NCBI RefSeq assembly: GCF_009834535.1
Contig: NC_045696.1
Coordinates: forward strand, 89,964,001 to 90,028,000
DNA: 64,000 nt
Direction: 5' to 3'
Source: Camelus ferus
Lineage: Eukaryota
The notes beneath the pieces were generated by a model. It was not told where the DNA came from and did not search any database. It worked only from the letters and a program-made list of their open reading frames with translations. Each line of letters starts with the position of its first letter. Within the stretch, counting starts at the first letter, position 1. Made by a program: the position numbers and the translations under genes. Positions 38,925 through 52,468 of this stretch are shown here, piece after piece.

Positions 38925-40123
38925 GTTTTCTTTCCAAAAAATCTGTCACAATCAAGTTACCTTCCAGTTCTAGGCAAGACTAAGTACAGGTCAAAAGGTC
39001 AGGCTTTACTTGAGTCTGATACCGAGTTTTCAGTCAGGTATAAAAAGTTGGACTTCAACAGCCATGGCGGCAGGGAACACCTCTCTCTTGTTCACTTGTA
39101 TCCCCAGGGCTTAGCACACCAGCGAATGTCTAATGAGAGCACAATGAATGTCTGCTAGAAAAAAAATTGCTGAAAATTGCCTTTATTTAACTGGAGACTT
39201 AAGTTTTCTAGACTGAAAGAAATATTCTGCTATAATAGCATGTCTAATCCAGTGTCTTCAAAACAGAAACCCTGGGGCAGTCACAAGACTGGATGCCTAA
39301 CACCAACACTCCAAAGGGGAGCTCAGTGGACTCCTCACAACTCCTTGCCTGAACAGTGGGATACTGTCACCCTGAGGCTTGTTTTTCACTCTTCAGAAAA
39401 CTAGCCATGTGATTCCAAAAAGCCCTTCAAAGATGGCCAACCTGACATTTCATTTTCTTTCTCCAACAAGACGTTCAAAAGTGCTGTGCTGGTTTAGACC
39501 TGCTAGTTCAGATTGATGAGTGAGAAATCTGCTGCTCTGCCATTAACTGCATCTTGCTAGACAGGAAGCAACTTTTCAAAAATAGCTAGCAATTCAGGCT
39601 GGTGGAAAAAAAGGAAGTAAGATAGAACAGTAACAGTCACCTTTCCTTCCACCTGAATTTGCTGAGCCGAGAGGGTGAGCACATTTTCTGCTGCTCCAAA
39701 GCAGTGGTTGCCTCCTTAAATAGTATCTACAGCGTGTGGGGCTATTGACCTGCTCTTGACTGTAGCTTCTGTTAGCTGATTACAAATCCTGAACATTGAG
39801 AAGAGCTAGGCTAAGGTATCAGTGTAAAGAAAATGATCCAGGGGCTACTTAGAATGAGTAATGAGGAAGTTTTCTCTGAAGAGGTGACATAAGCCAAAAC
39901 TCAAACTACATGAAGGAACCAACCACAGGAAGGTCTGCAGACAGAGTTTTTCAGGTGCAGTGAAGAATCATTTTAAGTGGCAGACATCATGTCACTTTGC
40001 TTTTGATTTCAAGTACTTCTTTTGAGAACAAGGATATTCTGAGGAAGATAATTTAAAATATTATACTAATTATACTATGTGTGTATGTGTTCACACAATC
40101 ACTAGGATTGTGAGTGTGTTGTG

Positions 40124-40152
40124 TGAGAGAGAGACAGAGAGAGAGAGAGAGA
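40124..40152. repeat. (GA)n microsatellite
   Basis: Directly visible. Confidence 0.9.
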
Positions 40153-40559
40153 TATACTGGGAGAGAGGAAGCGCTCTGAGTTTTGACCCATGGGTCAAGA
40201 AAGGATTTCAAATAAAACTCCAAGAGCCAGAATTTGCATGTGCTGTTCTCTGCTGATAATGCAGAATCAGTGTTTCTATTTAAGCATTGTTACAGACTAC
40301 AGATAAACATCTCTGTCTGCCACAAGAGTCCTACCTTTCCTTCCAAACTTACTGCAGATGCCACATCCTCCAAGAAGCCTCTTCTGCCTTTAGTCCCTTC
40401 AACCAGTTAGAGTTTTGCTTCTTCTCAAATCTCAAAGCACATCTACAGCTCCCATCATATCTGCCAAGAGTTGCTATTTCTCCACGTGCTTAGTCTTAAT
40501 CAGGATTCCCTGTTTACCTTAATCTACTTGAATAAAAAGGCTCTGTCTTGCCCATAAAG

Positions 40560-40750
40560 TCATAGCTGAGATAGATCTGGATTGGGATCCTGGCCCTTTC
40601 ACTCATTAGTCGAACATGTTATTTTATCTCTAAGTCTCAGTCCCTCATTCAAAACCTTCTCATAAGGTTGTTGTGGGAGTAAAGGAAATACTGTGTTAAA
40701 GATGGATCTTTATTAAATACTTAATAAGTGGTAGCTATTTTATAGCCATT
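40560..40750 (+). mobile_element. MIR SINE
   Basis: GATCCTGGCCC...TCTCTAAGTCTCAGT...CTCATAAGGTTGTTGTGGGAG. Confidence 0.6.
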
Positions 40751-41439
40751 ATCACAGTCTCTCTTCATAGAAGTATACAATTAAGTACTGTTTAATTAAT
40801 ACTATAACTCATTTAGCAGCTGATACTGGCCAAATATCTCACAACCCGCCCCCCTCCAACACACCCCTATAGTACATATTTTTACTCAAATGGGAAAATA
40901 TGATAATTTTAATAACAGGCATAGATTCCAGTGAAAATTCATGTGAGGGTTTTTCCATCTTCCCTCAAATAACTGCATCATGGGAAATCTCACTTACAGC
41001 CGTAAGATCGGTATTGCTACAAGTCCACCAGTTACCAGTTTATTAGATTCCTTGAAAGCCCTTTGAAAGGAGGAAGACTCATGGAGGAGGTAAAACTTCC
41101 AGGATCACTGCGGCTGGAACAGACACCTCTGTGGGAACCTCTGACCATGTAAAAACAGTTCAGAACCAATGCTACAGAACGGCCTCTCAAGTGCAGAATC
41201 CAGGCAGCTGCCATCCATTTGAGCTGATACTAACAAATCAAGCAACACAAAAGCAATTGCTATACAGTATCTGGATCGAAGAAGGAAAGCAACACAATTC
41301 CCCGACTTCACATCAGCGTTGTGTAACTTGTATTCATGGACACTGCATTACAGATGATCGTGGGCACTGTCCTCAAGAATACTACTTAACAAAACAAAAC
41401 TATATTACTGCCTCTTAAACCAAAACCCAGCACAATTAG

Positions 41440-41670
41440 TGATGAGGCATCATGACAGAGGGAAAAGTATGCTGGGCTAGGGATCAGAAAACCCAAACTT
41501 GAGACCTGATTCCACACCTCTCTGGTCAGGCAACCTGCATAACTTACAGCTCCTCTGGGCTCTTGTTTCCTTCTACAACGGAGATACTAATACTGCCCTT
41601 CACTACTGCACAGAGCTGTTTTGAGGATTAAGGGGTTCTGTAGCTATGAAGTGCTATGCATACGTAGGGG
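41440..41670 (+). mobile_element. MIR SINE
   Basis: CTCTGGGCTCTTGTTTCC...CAGAGCTGTTTTGAGGATTAA. Confidence 0.6.
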
Positions 41671-42624
41671 TTATTTTCTACCTGAATGTCTTACAGGCCT
41701 GCTCCCTCCCACTGGAGCAGAATACAGTGAAAACGGGAGACAGAGTACAACACAGGGGTCCCACGTGAGGGGATGATGAAGAAAAAGAGAACTGGTATAC
41801 AGCACATGTGTGTATAACCTAAGCCACTTAGAGGGTATTGCACATTGAGGTAATAACACTTTTGTCGGTCTCTGAATATCCACTTGTGCCAGGACTCCTG
41901 CTGCCTTCCCATGAAGAATGACTTTTCCGGCTGATTGCAGGATTGCAATGGCTTCAGTTCTCAGAGTGAGTCGTTTCATTACCAGGTAACAAGTCCTTCA
42001 CCCAAGATTAAGTGGCTGTCAATCAAGTCGAGGCTTGGATGGAACTGTCAGTCCCAGAGACGTGTGATATACCCTAGCATGCCCTTGCTCCCTGATGGGT
42101 CCTTTTCCAACTGCTACTGAGAGTTGCAAGACACTCGCTTACTTCACATCAGCCACCTCTCAGTGAGTTCACTCTGAGGGTACTGACAACCCCACTACGA
42201 GAGGAGAGAGAAACAAAGAAATGCTTCAAAAGCTACTACTGCCTGGTGTCCCTTCTGAATAGCTTCCTTGGATTTGCTCTAAAGCACCAAACATGATTAG
42301 AGCTGAACTTCCTTCACTTAGGAGGAGCACAAATTGTAAGAATGTTCATTATACACCTGCATATATCTCACAAAAAAAGAACACTGCTTCTTGCAGTCCG
42401 CAGCTGTGTCACTCACCATCTCTTCCTCTAAGTACTGTGCTCAACCCAGGCTAGGCACTCAATATGCATTGATGACGCTGAATTGAATTGAAGTAATATT
42501 GGTTTCTAGGTCAAATTCTACTACTTGTATGAACTAGTATTGTATCATCTTTATGTTCTCTTACCTCTGCACCTCTTTTGGTCCCAGCATTTAACAGTTA
42601 CATAATACACTCTTCTCTTTGTAA

Positions 42625-43040
42625 CATGTATAATAAAAGTCCTTCCTTTTTGTGCATGGCTCTATGAGTTTGGCAAATGCCTCCAGCTGTGTAACCACGG
42701 ATGCTATCAAAGTAAAGAAGACTTCTATCACCTGTCCCCTGTGCTTCTTCATAACCATGGCCTCCCCCCACCTCTAGTTCCTGACAATCCCTGGTTTGTG
42801 TGAGCCTGAACTTTCGTCCAGTTTCATAAGCACCTAGGAGTGGCACTGCTGGGTCATGTAGTAAATATGTATTTAATTTTATAAGAAGCTGCCACACTGT
42901 TTTCCAGAGTGACTGCTCCAGCTTCTGTTCCCCAGCAGTGCAGGAGAGTCCCAGCTGCTCCACATCCTTGCCAGCGCTTGGTATTGTCCGTTGTTGTTTT
43001 CCATCAGGTGTTCTAAGGGCATGCAGTGATGCAGTAATTC
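42625..43040 (-). mobile_element. Old L1 (L1M) ORF2 end and 3'UTR fragment
   Basis: CCTAGGAGTGGCACTGCTGGGTCATG...CCACACTGTTTTCCAGAGTG; the minus-strand translation LEQSLWKTVWQLL...PAVPLLG resembles the ORF2 C-terminus. Confidence 0.8.
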
Positions 43041-43514
43041 ATCACATGTGAACCGTTGAACAGGGGGAGGAAGGAAGAGGACACACCCAGACTCTTATAT
43101 AGTGTAGGAATTTTGTGATAATTAAACCATTGAAGGCCCTTCAGAAGGAGCCCCATTGATACGGGTCACTGAAAAATAACATTGCTAAACTACTCATTCC
43201 TCTGCCTGGAGGAAGAAACTTGGGTGTGCAGTTTCTGACCAAAAGCTTCCCCACTGTTTTCTGTTTAATGGTAAAAGTGTTCCTGTCACTAACACAATTT
43301 TGTGACCTATATCCACTTTCCAGGATGTAATGAACAAATAGAGCTTTAATGAACTACACAATGGTGTTTCCAGGAAATCTTCAAAGCTGAAATTGCTTTT
43401 TGATATTCTCCTGGCTACACAGTTAAATCTCATCTATTTTATTATCAACATTTCATACAGTGCTATGTACACCATAGGAGATTACTCAGTTGAAATAAAT
43501 GTTGCCCTTCCTCT

Positions 43515-43822
43515 AAAACTGCACTGGCCAATATGGTACACTCGTAGCCACGTGTGGCTGCAAAGCACTTTAAAAGTGGCTAGTGCCACATTTTAAAATT
43601 TTAAACTAAAGCAGTGTATGAAAGAAAAAATGTAAAATATCTCATTAATTTTATATTGTTTATGTGTTGAAATGATAGCATTTTTGGATATTTTGGGGTT
43701 AAAATATATTACTAAAATTAATTTTGCCTATTTTAATTTTTAATATATTATTAGGGAATTTAAAGTTTCACATGTAATTATATATGTGGCCTGCATTACA
43801 TTTTTATTAGGCAACAGTACTC
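43515..43822. mobile_element. MER3/MER33-like hAT-Charlie MITE
   Basis: TAGCCACGTGTGGCTG...GTGGCTAGTG...ATGTGGCCTGCATTACATTTTTATTAGG. Confidence 0.7.
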
Positions 43823-44099
43823 TAGAATATAGGACTATTGCTAAAGAGAGTTAAATTTTAGGTATATCTCCAAGATCTGTGGGGAATTTCAAAACCTAGT
43901 GTTACTTTCAAATAAATGCACACCATTATTAAGTGTAATAAGATAAGTTAGATATTTACTAATTAAATATTAGATATTTTTAAACTCATTCATTCTATAT
44001 CAATATTCTTCTAAAATAGACATATCAATTTTTAAAGAAAAAAACTTACATAGACAATAAAAATCAAAATAGTAAAAATAAAAATAATAAAAAATTTAA

Positions 44100-45960
44100 A
44101 ACAGAAAAGTTAAAAATTGAAGACAGCTTCAGCTATTTAGAAGACGTGTAAAGAAATAAAAAGGTGTTTCAAAGACTAGGAGAAAATATTTGCAAAATAT
44201 ATATCTTACTGAAGACTTTTATTCACAACATATAAAGAATTCCTACAACTGAATATTAAGGAATGAAGCAACTTGGTTAAAATGGGCAAAAAAGTTTGAA
44301 CAGAAATTTCACCCAACGCTTACACACCAGTGTAAACAAGTCCATGAAAAGATGCTCAACAGCATTAGTCATTAGCAAAATGCACCCCCACCAAATAACT
44401 AAATTTATGAAAACACAATTTCAACTGTTGATGAAGATGTAGAGCAACTGGAACTCTTACATGCTGATGTAGGAATGATATGGTACAGCTACTCTGGAAG
44501 AACATTTTGGCAGTTTCTTACACAGTTAAACATGTACTTACCACACAACTCAGCAATTCTAATCCTAGGTATTAACCCAGTCCACACAAAGACTTGTAGG
44601 TAAATGATTTGTAGGTAAATAGTAGCTCTATTCATAATAGCCTCAACCTGGAACCAACCCAAATTTCCATCAATGTGCCATCAATATGTAGAATATCTAC
44701 ATGGAATATTACTCAGCAATACAAAGAAACAGACTATTGATGAAATCAAGCAGGATCCTGTGTGGCTTACCTGGATACCAAAGCCTTTCCATGCCCCCAT
44801 TTCTTGTTTGTAGGAAAAAGGCTTCATCCTCCTAGACCTTCCTTGAGTTCCAAAGGGCAGATTCAAATAGTTACTAATTACAGAAGTGAAGGTATGCAGA
44901 AACTAAGGAGGCACAGTCAAGAAATAATAGTGCAGTGATAAAGCAGATTCCTAGCTCCTCCTCAAGGGATATACGTTAACAATATATTTTTGAGCTCTTC
45001 TACAGGAACTAAGGCCCCACCTGGGTGGAGGATGGTAACTTCAGGCTGAGTACAAGATTCACAGAGCCCTGCCCTATTACCACCAGCCAATCAGAAGAAA
45101 GTCATACACACTACAGCCCTCACCCGAAATTTTGCCTTTAAAAACTTTTCCCTGAAAACCACGGGGGAGTTCAGGTCTTCTGAGCACAAGCCACCCGCTC
45201 TCCTTGCTTGGCTCTGCAATAAATCTTTCCTGGCTCAAAACTCTGATGTTTTGGTTGTTTGGCCTCACTGTACAGACACAGGAACTTGGACTATACAACA
45301 CTGATAACATGCAACAAACTGCATAAATCTCAAACACATTATGCTAAGCAAAATTCTAGAAAAAATAAAATAATTGAAAGCAGACTAGTGGCTGTTAGGG
45401 GCTGGGGTGGGAAAGGCAATTGATCATAAAAGGACAGGAAGGAATTTTCAAGTGATGGAAGTGTTCTCGATCTTAATAACAGTGGACTGTATACAATTTG
45501 TTAAAACTCACTGAATTGTACATTAAAATTAGTAAATTTTATTGTCTACAAATTATACCTCAATAAAGTTGATGTAAAAAGTAAAACCAGCAATAAAATT
45601 ATCAATTGACAATGTGAAGAAATGGAAATTTTCATACACTGCTGGTGGAAGGGAGTATGAATTGGTGCAACAACTTGGACAGCAACTTGGCACTATCTAG
45701 CAAAGTTGATAATGAGCTCAGCTCAGGATCCAGCCATTCTACTTTGAGTATATTCTCTTGAGAGATTTCCAAATAATGTACATGGTGAGATATATATAAA
45801 AATGTGGGCCCTATATGCATCAACACAGATTTAAAAAACATAGCTAAGATTAAAAAAAAAGGGACACTGAAAAATAGAACATACTATTTTTATAACTTTT
45901 GAAGAATATCAAACAATATTAAATATTATCATGAATAACATATGCGCATAAATATGGATA
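44100..45960 (+). mobile_element. Old L1 (L1M) 3' portions, interrupted by an LTR
   Basis: GGAGAAAATATTTGCAAA, AATGGGCAAA, ATGGAATATTACTCAGCAAT and AATTATACCTCAATAAAGTTG. Confidence 0.8.
44741..45300 (+). mobile_element. ERV1-type solo LTR (560 bp) nested in L1
   Basis: TG...CA ends with TSD TTGA/CTGA (one mismatch); CCAAT, TTTAAAA and AATAAA in order; the L1 sequence resumes after it. Confidence 0.82.
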
Positions 45961-45978
45961 AGTATGGATAGGTAATAA

Positions 45979-46608
45979 TGAGACCGGACAGAAGGGGGCA
46001 GGGCACAGCCACTCAAGGAATGACAGCAATTTAACACCAAAATGGTGGAAGATTCAACTCCCAGTTGGCCTTGAGGATTAAGTTGGCAGGAGGTGTGACT
46101 TCTAGTGGACCTTGAGCTTCATTACATGCTCGTTGTAACAGCGTGATAAATAACATGCCCATAGGCGCCATGACAGCCCCAAGGCTAACCGCAAAAGCCC
46201 AAAGAATGGGCAGTGGCCCAATTCCTGGGAATCCCAGCCCCTTCCCCAGGGTAGTTGGAATGGTCCCACATGCAGGCGTATGAAGTTACTGAGCTCATAA
46301 AAACAGGCAACACCACGCCTAGCCGCCCCTTTCTCACTCCCTCCTCTTCGGAGAAGGCCCACACTCTGTCTATGGAGTGTGTACCTACTTTTACTTTAAC
46401 TTGAGCACCCAATTCCCACACCTCTTTCCTCACCTTTCTCTTGCCTTATACTCTATGCAGTATGTATCTCTCTAAAGAAATCTACCTTTACTCAACTGTG
46501 GCTCACACTTGAATTCTTTCCTGTGTGAAGCCAAGGACCTACACTTGGTGAGGCATGTCCCAGGGGCCCAACGTCCTCCTCACGCCCCACATCCATTTTC
46601 CTGCATCA
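45979..46608 (+). mobile_element. ERV1 solo LTR, MER41-like
   Basis: TGAGAC...GCATCA ends with TSD ATAA/ATAT; U5 motif TTGAATTCTTTCCTGTGTGAAGCCAAGGACC. Confidence 0.75.
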
Positions 46609-46810
46609 ATATGACCCACAACTTTAGGGCAGAAGTCAGCCTTTATAAGGCAAGAGAAAAAAATTAAAGATAAATAAAGCATGTATTTTAAGCATACAGG
46701 AAACACAAATTTTAAGTATCTATAATGATTATTACTCTAAAATGATCTGAAATATTTATGATACAGTTTCAGCTTTTGTTTTTTTTTTTTTTCTGGGGTG
46801 GAAATATAGT

Positions 46811-47279
46811 TGTTGTGGGGCCAACTGATGTCCATCAAAATCCAACAACCCCCATTCCTGGGCTCTCTGATGTCTGCCTGTGGTCCCTCAACAGATAAAA
46901 GTACATTCTTTACTGGGTGTGTTTTCCATAACAAACTAATAGCCCTAGGTAATGCCTAATCTCACAGCTCAGGCTGGCTTGTTTCAGCCCTCTTTATCAG
47001 AGTCATAAACCTCACCGCCCTTCATGGACTCTAAACCTCTTACCTCACCTATCACCCATCAGGGACTTGTGCATAAGCCAATCAGGCACCTTGTGACCCA
47101 ACCTTATGAAACACACCAACAACTGGCCCTCGGTGCTCACACAGACACCTCTCGTCTGTGTGGCCCGCTGTTGTCTATGACAGCGTACCCCTAATAAACT
47201 CCTTTACTTGTCTCCTCCTTCATCTCTGGTAAATTCTTTTACTAACCACATGTCACTGGCCCATACTGTGTCCCACAAC
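46811..47279 (+). mobile_element. ERV-type solo LTR
   Basis: Inverted termini TGTTGTGGG/CCCACAAC with flanks TAGT/CAGT; CCAATCAG and AATAAA present. Confidence 0.72.
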
Positions 47280-47379
47280 CAGTGGTTTGTTCTAACTTCT
47301 GTGCTTACGTGTACATTGGAAATATTTCTTTCGTAAAGAATGTTTTACAGCTATCTTTATCCACAAAACATAGGTAAAA

Positions 47380-48420
47380 ACTATAACCAAATGAGACTTT
47401 ACACTCAGGAAAAGAGAAATATTTGAACAATCAGAAAATTATTTTCCTTTGAAAATCTTTAGAGGTCAAGGAGAATATAGCAACCATAAAATATGAACAG
47501 GAGCCTATGAAATAAAAACAAGAGAATATAAAGCTAGAACTGGAGGATTTTTAAAAAGGAGCAATTAAAAATTTTATAAATGAAAAATATGTTAATTGAA
47601 ACTTTAAAAACTTAGTAGACAAGCAGATTTAAAAAGAGAAAAATGCAATGAAAGAATTAATGAATTAGAACTTTGAGGAAATTTCAGATAATACAGCAAA
47701 GAAATACAAAGGGATGAAGATTATGAAAAAATTAAGATTATGGAGGATTTAGTGAAGAGTTGCAAGATACGTCTAATGGAACTTTCAGGAGAAGGTAAGT
47801 GATAAGTAGAACGGGAGGAAAATATGAGGCATTCGATTGAAAAGATGAACCACAAGCAGAACAAATAAAACTGAATTCACGTCAATGCGTGCTGTAGTAA
47901 AACGTTAGACCATCAGCAGAAAAAAGGCGTGAAAGGAAAAGAAAGATTATCCAGAAGGAATGACAATCATTTGACGGCAAACTCAACAGCAAAAAGAGGT
48001 GCAAAAGACAATGGAGACTATCTCCAGAGTTTGGTGGAGAAATCTAGAATTCTTTATCCTGATTAATTAGAGAGGGTGGAAATGATGCTATTTTCATGTG
48101 CATAAGAGAGAATTATTACCCACAGATCCCTGAAAGAAGAGATGTGCTTTGGCAAGAAGATAAATTATCCTGGAAGGTAATAGAGTAAAAGGAACCAAAG
48201 TGAACAAATAATTGGTTAAATGTGTTTACAGATCTAAATATATTTCTACTATAAACAACACAATAATAATAGAAAATATACCTTCCAAAAAACACTTTGG
48301 TTAAAGATATCATCTTGAGTCCCAACATCTCATTTCTGAACATTGTGTTAATGTTAAGAGCTTAGAGAAAAAACTAAAAATGGCTAGTACAACTAAAAGA
48401 AAAATAGAAGTTAGCATTAA
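47380..48420 (+). mobile_element. Ancient L1/HAL1 ORF1-region remnant
   Basis: A-rich degenerate ORF1-like sequence (TCTAATGGAACTTTCAGGAGAAG, CTAGAATTCTTTATCC). Confidence 0.55.
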
Positions 48421-49666
48421 GAAACACTTAAAAGACCAAATGTAGAATATACTCAGTTTTGCCTATTTAAGTTCTGTGTGCCAACCTAAGGGCTGCCCAC
48501 AGTCTGACCCTAAGGATGGCAGTGGTGTTTATGGCAGGTAATCTAGTCTTAATAATGTCTGCAAAGCAAGACTGCCCCTGGCTATCTGAGTCTTAGATCT
48601 ATTTTAATTATAGTGAGAAATCTCCTGAAATAATACTCCCAGTCATAGGATTTGATCTGTTGTATATCAGCTTACATGGTGACTTAGGAAAATAACCCTG
48701 AACATCTCTGATGAACCAGCACAGAACCAAAGAGTATAATTGGAGTTTCTTATAAAGCCTTTAGATATTGCAGGCATAGTGAATAGAGATGAGTTTCACT
48801 TGAATGCTTTATCATTCATCGTGAGAAGGAAACATCAGCATGCCCCCTGCCTCTTTCTCTGGCTGCTCTCCGCCTAATAGGAATCCTTAAGCTCTTTCTG
48901 TGTCACCTCTGAGGTAATTAGCATCACTCAGAAAATATCTGAACAGGAGCTGTAGGAGAGAGAGCAAGCGCTGTCAGTCAGGAAAAGTTGCAATTAGGAT
49001 CTGCAGGCAAATGCAGAATTCTTAGAAATTTTATTTCAAACCGAGATGAAACCACATTATCATAAAGAGAAGTGGTAATGAGTAATCTGATGCAATATGT
49101 ATGTATATTACATGTGGTGTAGTTATAATTATAGTTATAAAACTGATAAACAGTCATAGAAAATTTGGAAATGAAAGAAAAAAAAAAACCATCATCCTGA
49201 CATGACATATATTGTTTTGGTTTATTTCCTTCTGGTATTTTCTTCCTATGTGTACTTTTTCATGGTTGTAATCACAGCATTTATACATTTTTATGAGGAT
49301 TTAAATCATAACACTTTTCCATGTTGCCAACTTTCACAGCTATCATTTTTAATGACTATTGTATTATGGGGATGTATCATGACTTATTAAACCAATCATC
49401 TTCTCTTGGACATTTTTAGCTAGATAATATTTGACAATTATAAAAATCAGTTTTGTGAACTTATGGCCGTTTTCCGTATCTAGTCTATCTTCTTAGGATA
49501 GATTCCCCAAAGTGGAATTACCCATTCAAAAGGCATGAAGGTGTTTATAATTCTTAATATATATTGCTTCAATATTTTACAAAAATGTTGCAATTTGCAG
49601 TGACAATCAGTGAAAGTGTTACAGTTCAGTCTGCCAGCACCCATCATGAGAGTCTATTCTTTAAAG

Positions 49667-50196
49667 CAGTGTCTCTCCATGGATGGTCCCTGGACAAGCA
49701 GCATCAGCATTACCTGGGAACTTGTTAGAAATGAAAGTTCTCTGGTCAGAAACTAACTGAATCAGAAACTCTGGGGGTGGGGCCAAACAATCTGTGGTTT
49801 AACAAGGCCTCTAGGTGACTCTATTATACTCCCAAGACTGAGAACCAGTGGTCTAAAAGCAACAGCCCTCAACTTTAGCTGCACATAAGAATCATCTATG
49901 GAGCTTCTAAAACCTGCTGTGAGCCCTGGGACACAGTCCCAGAAGTTCTGATTTGTCCGGAGTGGAACAAAGGCATCTTTATTTTTGAAAAGGTCCCCTC
50001 AAGTGATACGTAGCCTCAGCTGAGAACCACCTACCTCAAGCAATGCTGACTGACCTGTATCAACATCACCTGGAAGCTTGTTAGACATACAAATCCTCAG
50101 GCTCCACCCCGGAATCCTCAGGATGGGGTCCAGGAATCTGTGTTTAACAAGCCCCCTAGATGAAACTGACAGATACTAAAGTTTGAGAACCACCTG
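49667..50196. mobile_element. Three adjacent MER5A/MER5B-like hAT MITEs
   Basis: Units at about 49667-49850, 49860-50032 and 50040-50196, each ending TGAGAACCA. Confidence 0.8.
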
Positions 50197-50259
50197 TCTA
50201 ACAATCTGTTTGAATAAGAGCAGTGTCCAGTATCTCCAGTGCACAAATGCCTCGATAGT

Positions 50260-50261
<2 letters not shown>

Positions 50262-50317
<56 letters not shown>

Positions 50318-50385
50318 ATATACATACATATATTATTACATATTCATATATTACTTATACAGCCATTATATATATATGTATGTAA

Positions 50386-50423
<38 letters not shown>

Positions 50424-50450
50424 TCAGCCTATAATATATATTATATATAT
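50262..50450. repeat. (TA)n microsatellite complex
   Basis: Pure TA runs at about 50262-50314 and 50389-50421. Confidence 0.95.
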
Positions 50451-51719
50451 TCATGGTTGGAATCATAGCATTTATACATTTTTTATTTGGATTTAAATCA
50501 CATACTTTTCCATGATGCCAACTTTCACAGCTATCATTTCTAATAACTGTTCCACTATGGGGATGATATATTAAACCAATCACTTTCTCTTGGAGATACA
50601 TATATACACACACACAAACACGGTCATGTATGTAAACAAAGTGGAAAGTACATAGATACATGGATATGGACAGACAGATACAGATTTACAGAGATGGAGA
50701 TGTTGGTTGACTTCAAGGTGGGGGAGTGCTAAATGGCAGCTCATTGCTGGTTTTATCATGTTTCTTTAATTACTAGTAAGACTAATCATGATCTATATTT
50801 GTTCACCTACTGATTTCCAAGAATAATGACTTTAAACATAGATAAAGTTTGGATGTTTTGATCTGTAGAAAAAAGTTTTAAAGAATCAGTGCATTACTAA
50901 TGACTGACTAACTTATAAAGAAGGAGGCAAAACTTTCCACAAGCATAAGGAGAGACCAGAAAAGTTATTTAAATACAATCATGCCAAGGAGAATGACTAA
51001 GGGAAACATTGCACCTTAATTAACTGGGAAGGGAAAGCTAATATTAGATGATACTAAAATGACAGATGACTTCACTTTCACTGCTCTTTTTCTGAAGTTG
51101 AGCTTTGAGAGAACACTGGTGAGGAATCTACAGCTGAGGCCTTGGGGCCAGGCTGCCACCAGGCAAAGGATGTCTGAGGAGCTGAGGTTCACAACCTGGC
51201 CAAGCTTCCCCTGATGGCCACAGCATCTCCCCAAAGCTGGAGCAACCTCTGATTCAGACCATCAGTCAAGTCAAAACAGGAAAGGAAAGAGCAAGGATCT
51301 GGGAGCGTGAAAGAACATTAGGCCAAGACTCCTATAGGGAGGTACTAGCTCAAACTCAGTTTTACAGTGAAAACTGCATAAACTTCAAACTGGCTCACCT
51401 TCAAGATTTATACATTCTTTGACATGTTCTTTAGCCACCTGAGCCTTGGTTTCCTCAACTATAAGAAAGGAACACCCAAAGTATCTCCTTTATATGAGGA
51501 CTCAATACAGTGCATGAAAAAAGATTGGTACAGTGCCACCGTGCCCTTGAGACATGTGGTAGGAGTATGTGCCAAAATAAATGGCAAATATTACACCATA
51601 ATCACCATCATTATTATCAGGATTGTTGGGAGAGTCTGCTGCGCAGTGAGACCAGTTCCCATGCAAGAGTAACTTCAGCTGTTCCAATCCACTGGCTCAA
51701 ACTACATTTTGGGGGTGTC

Positions 51720-51803
51720 TTTTGCTTTGGTTTTGCTTTGTTTGTTTCTTTGGTTTGGTTTTAGTTTGTTTGTTTGTTTGTTTGTTTGTTTGTTTGTTTG
51801 TTT
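51720..51803. repeat. (TTTG)n microsatellite
   Basis: Directly visible. Confidence 0.9.
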
Positions 51804-52468
51804 TAACACATGACTGCAAAATATTTTGTGTAAAGAGTAGTAACCAATGGGAATAAATGTGGAGTATTCCATGAAGATGAATCAAACTATTCGCTACACC
51901 AGTACCCGTCTCAGTGTTAGAAATAAGCTGTTTGATGCAAGAATGAGAAGCAGACAGGCTGAGTAACTATTATTAATCTCATGGATGAAATAACGAATAC
52001 ACTTAAACGTAATGAAAAAGTCAGTTACTTACATCCCCTCTCAAAATACAGTGATTTTGAAAAACTGATGTGTAAGCAGCTACGCCCAATGAAACCATTT
52101 CTAAGATCACTTCACAGCAGTGGTTGTGGGAAAGGGGCAACAACAGTCATATTTCCCTGAGTTTTTAATATAAAAATTTACATGACGAGTACAATTGAAA
52201 AAAAGGTTTTAAAACCACTTATCACTAGTACTTTTACACAGTACGTATATTGTGGAAGGATTGTGCGAAAGGAGTCGTTGCGCTCCACAGATTCCTGTTT
52301 TTAGAAAGACTTCCTTCAAGAAATGTCCTCAAGTTCACTCCCACTCTATTCCTTTTGTCTGGGGCCTCTCCACTCAAACTCACAGTGCACACTGGAAGGT
52401 AAGAGGTAAATCAAAGATCCAAAATAGCAGATCACTTCTACCCATGGGCCTCGATGCAGGATTGGTCA

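Noticed and set aside
50183..50661. YIYI-rich ORFs
   Set aside because: Translations of the (TA)n microsatellite.
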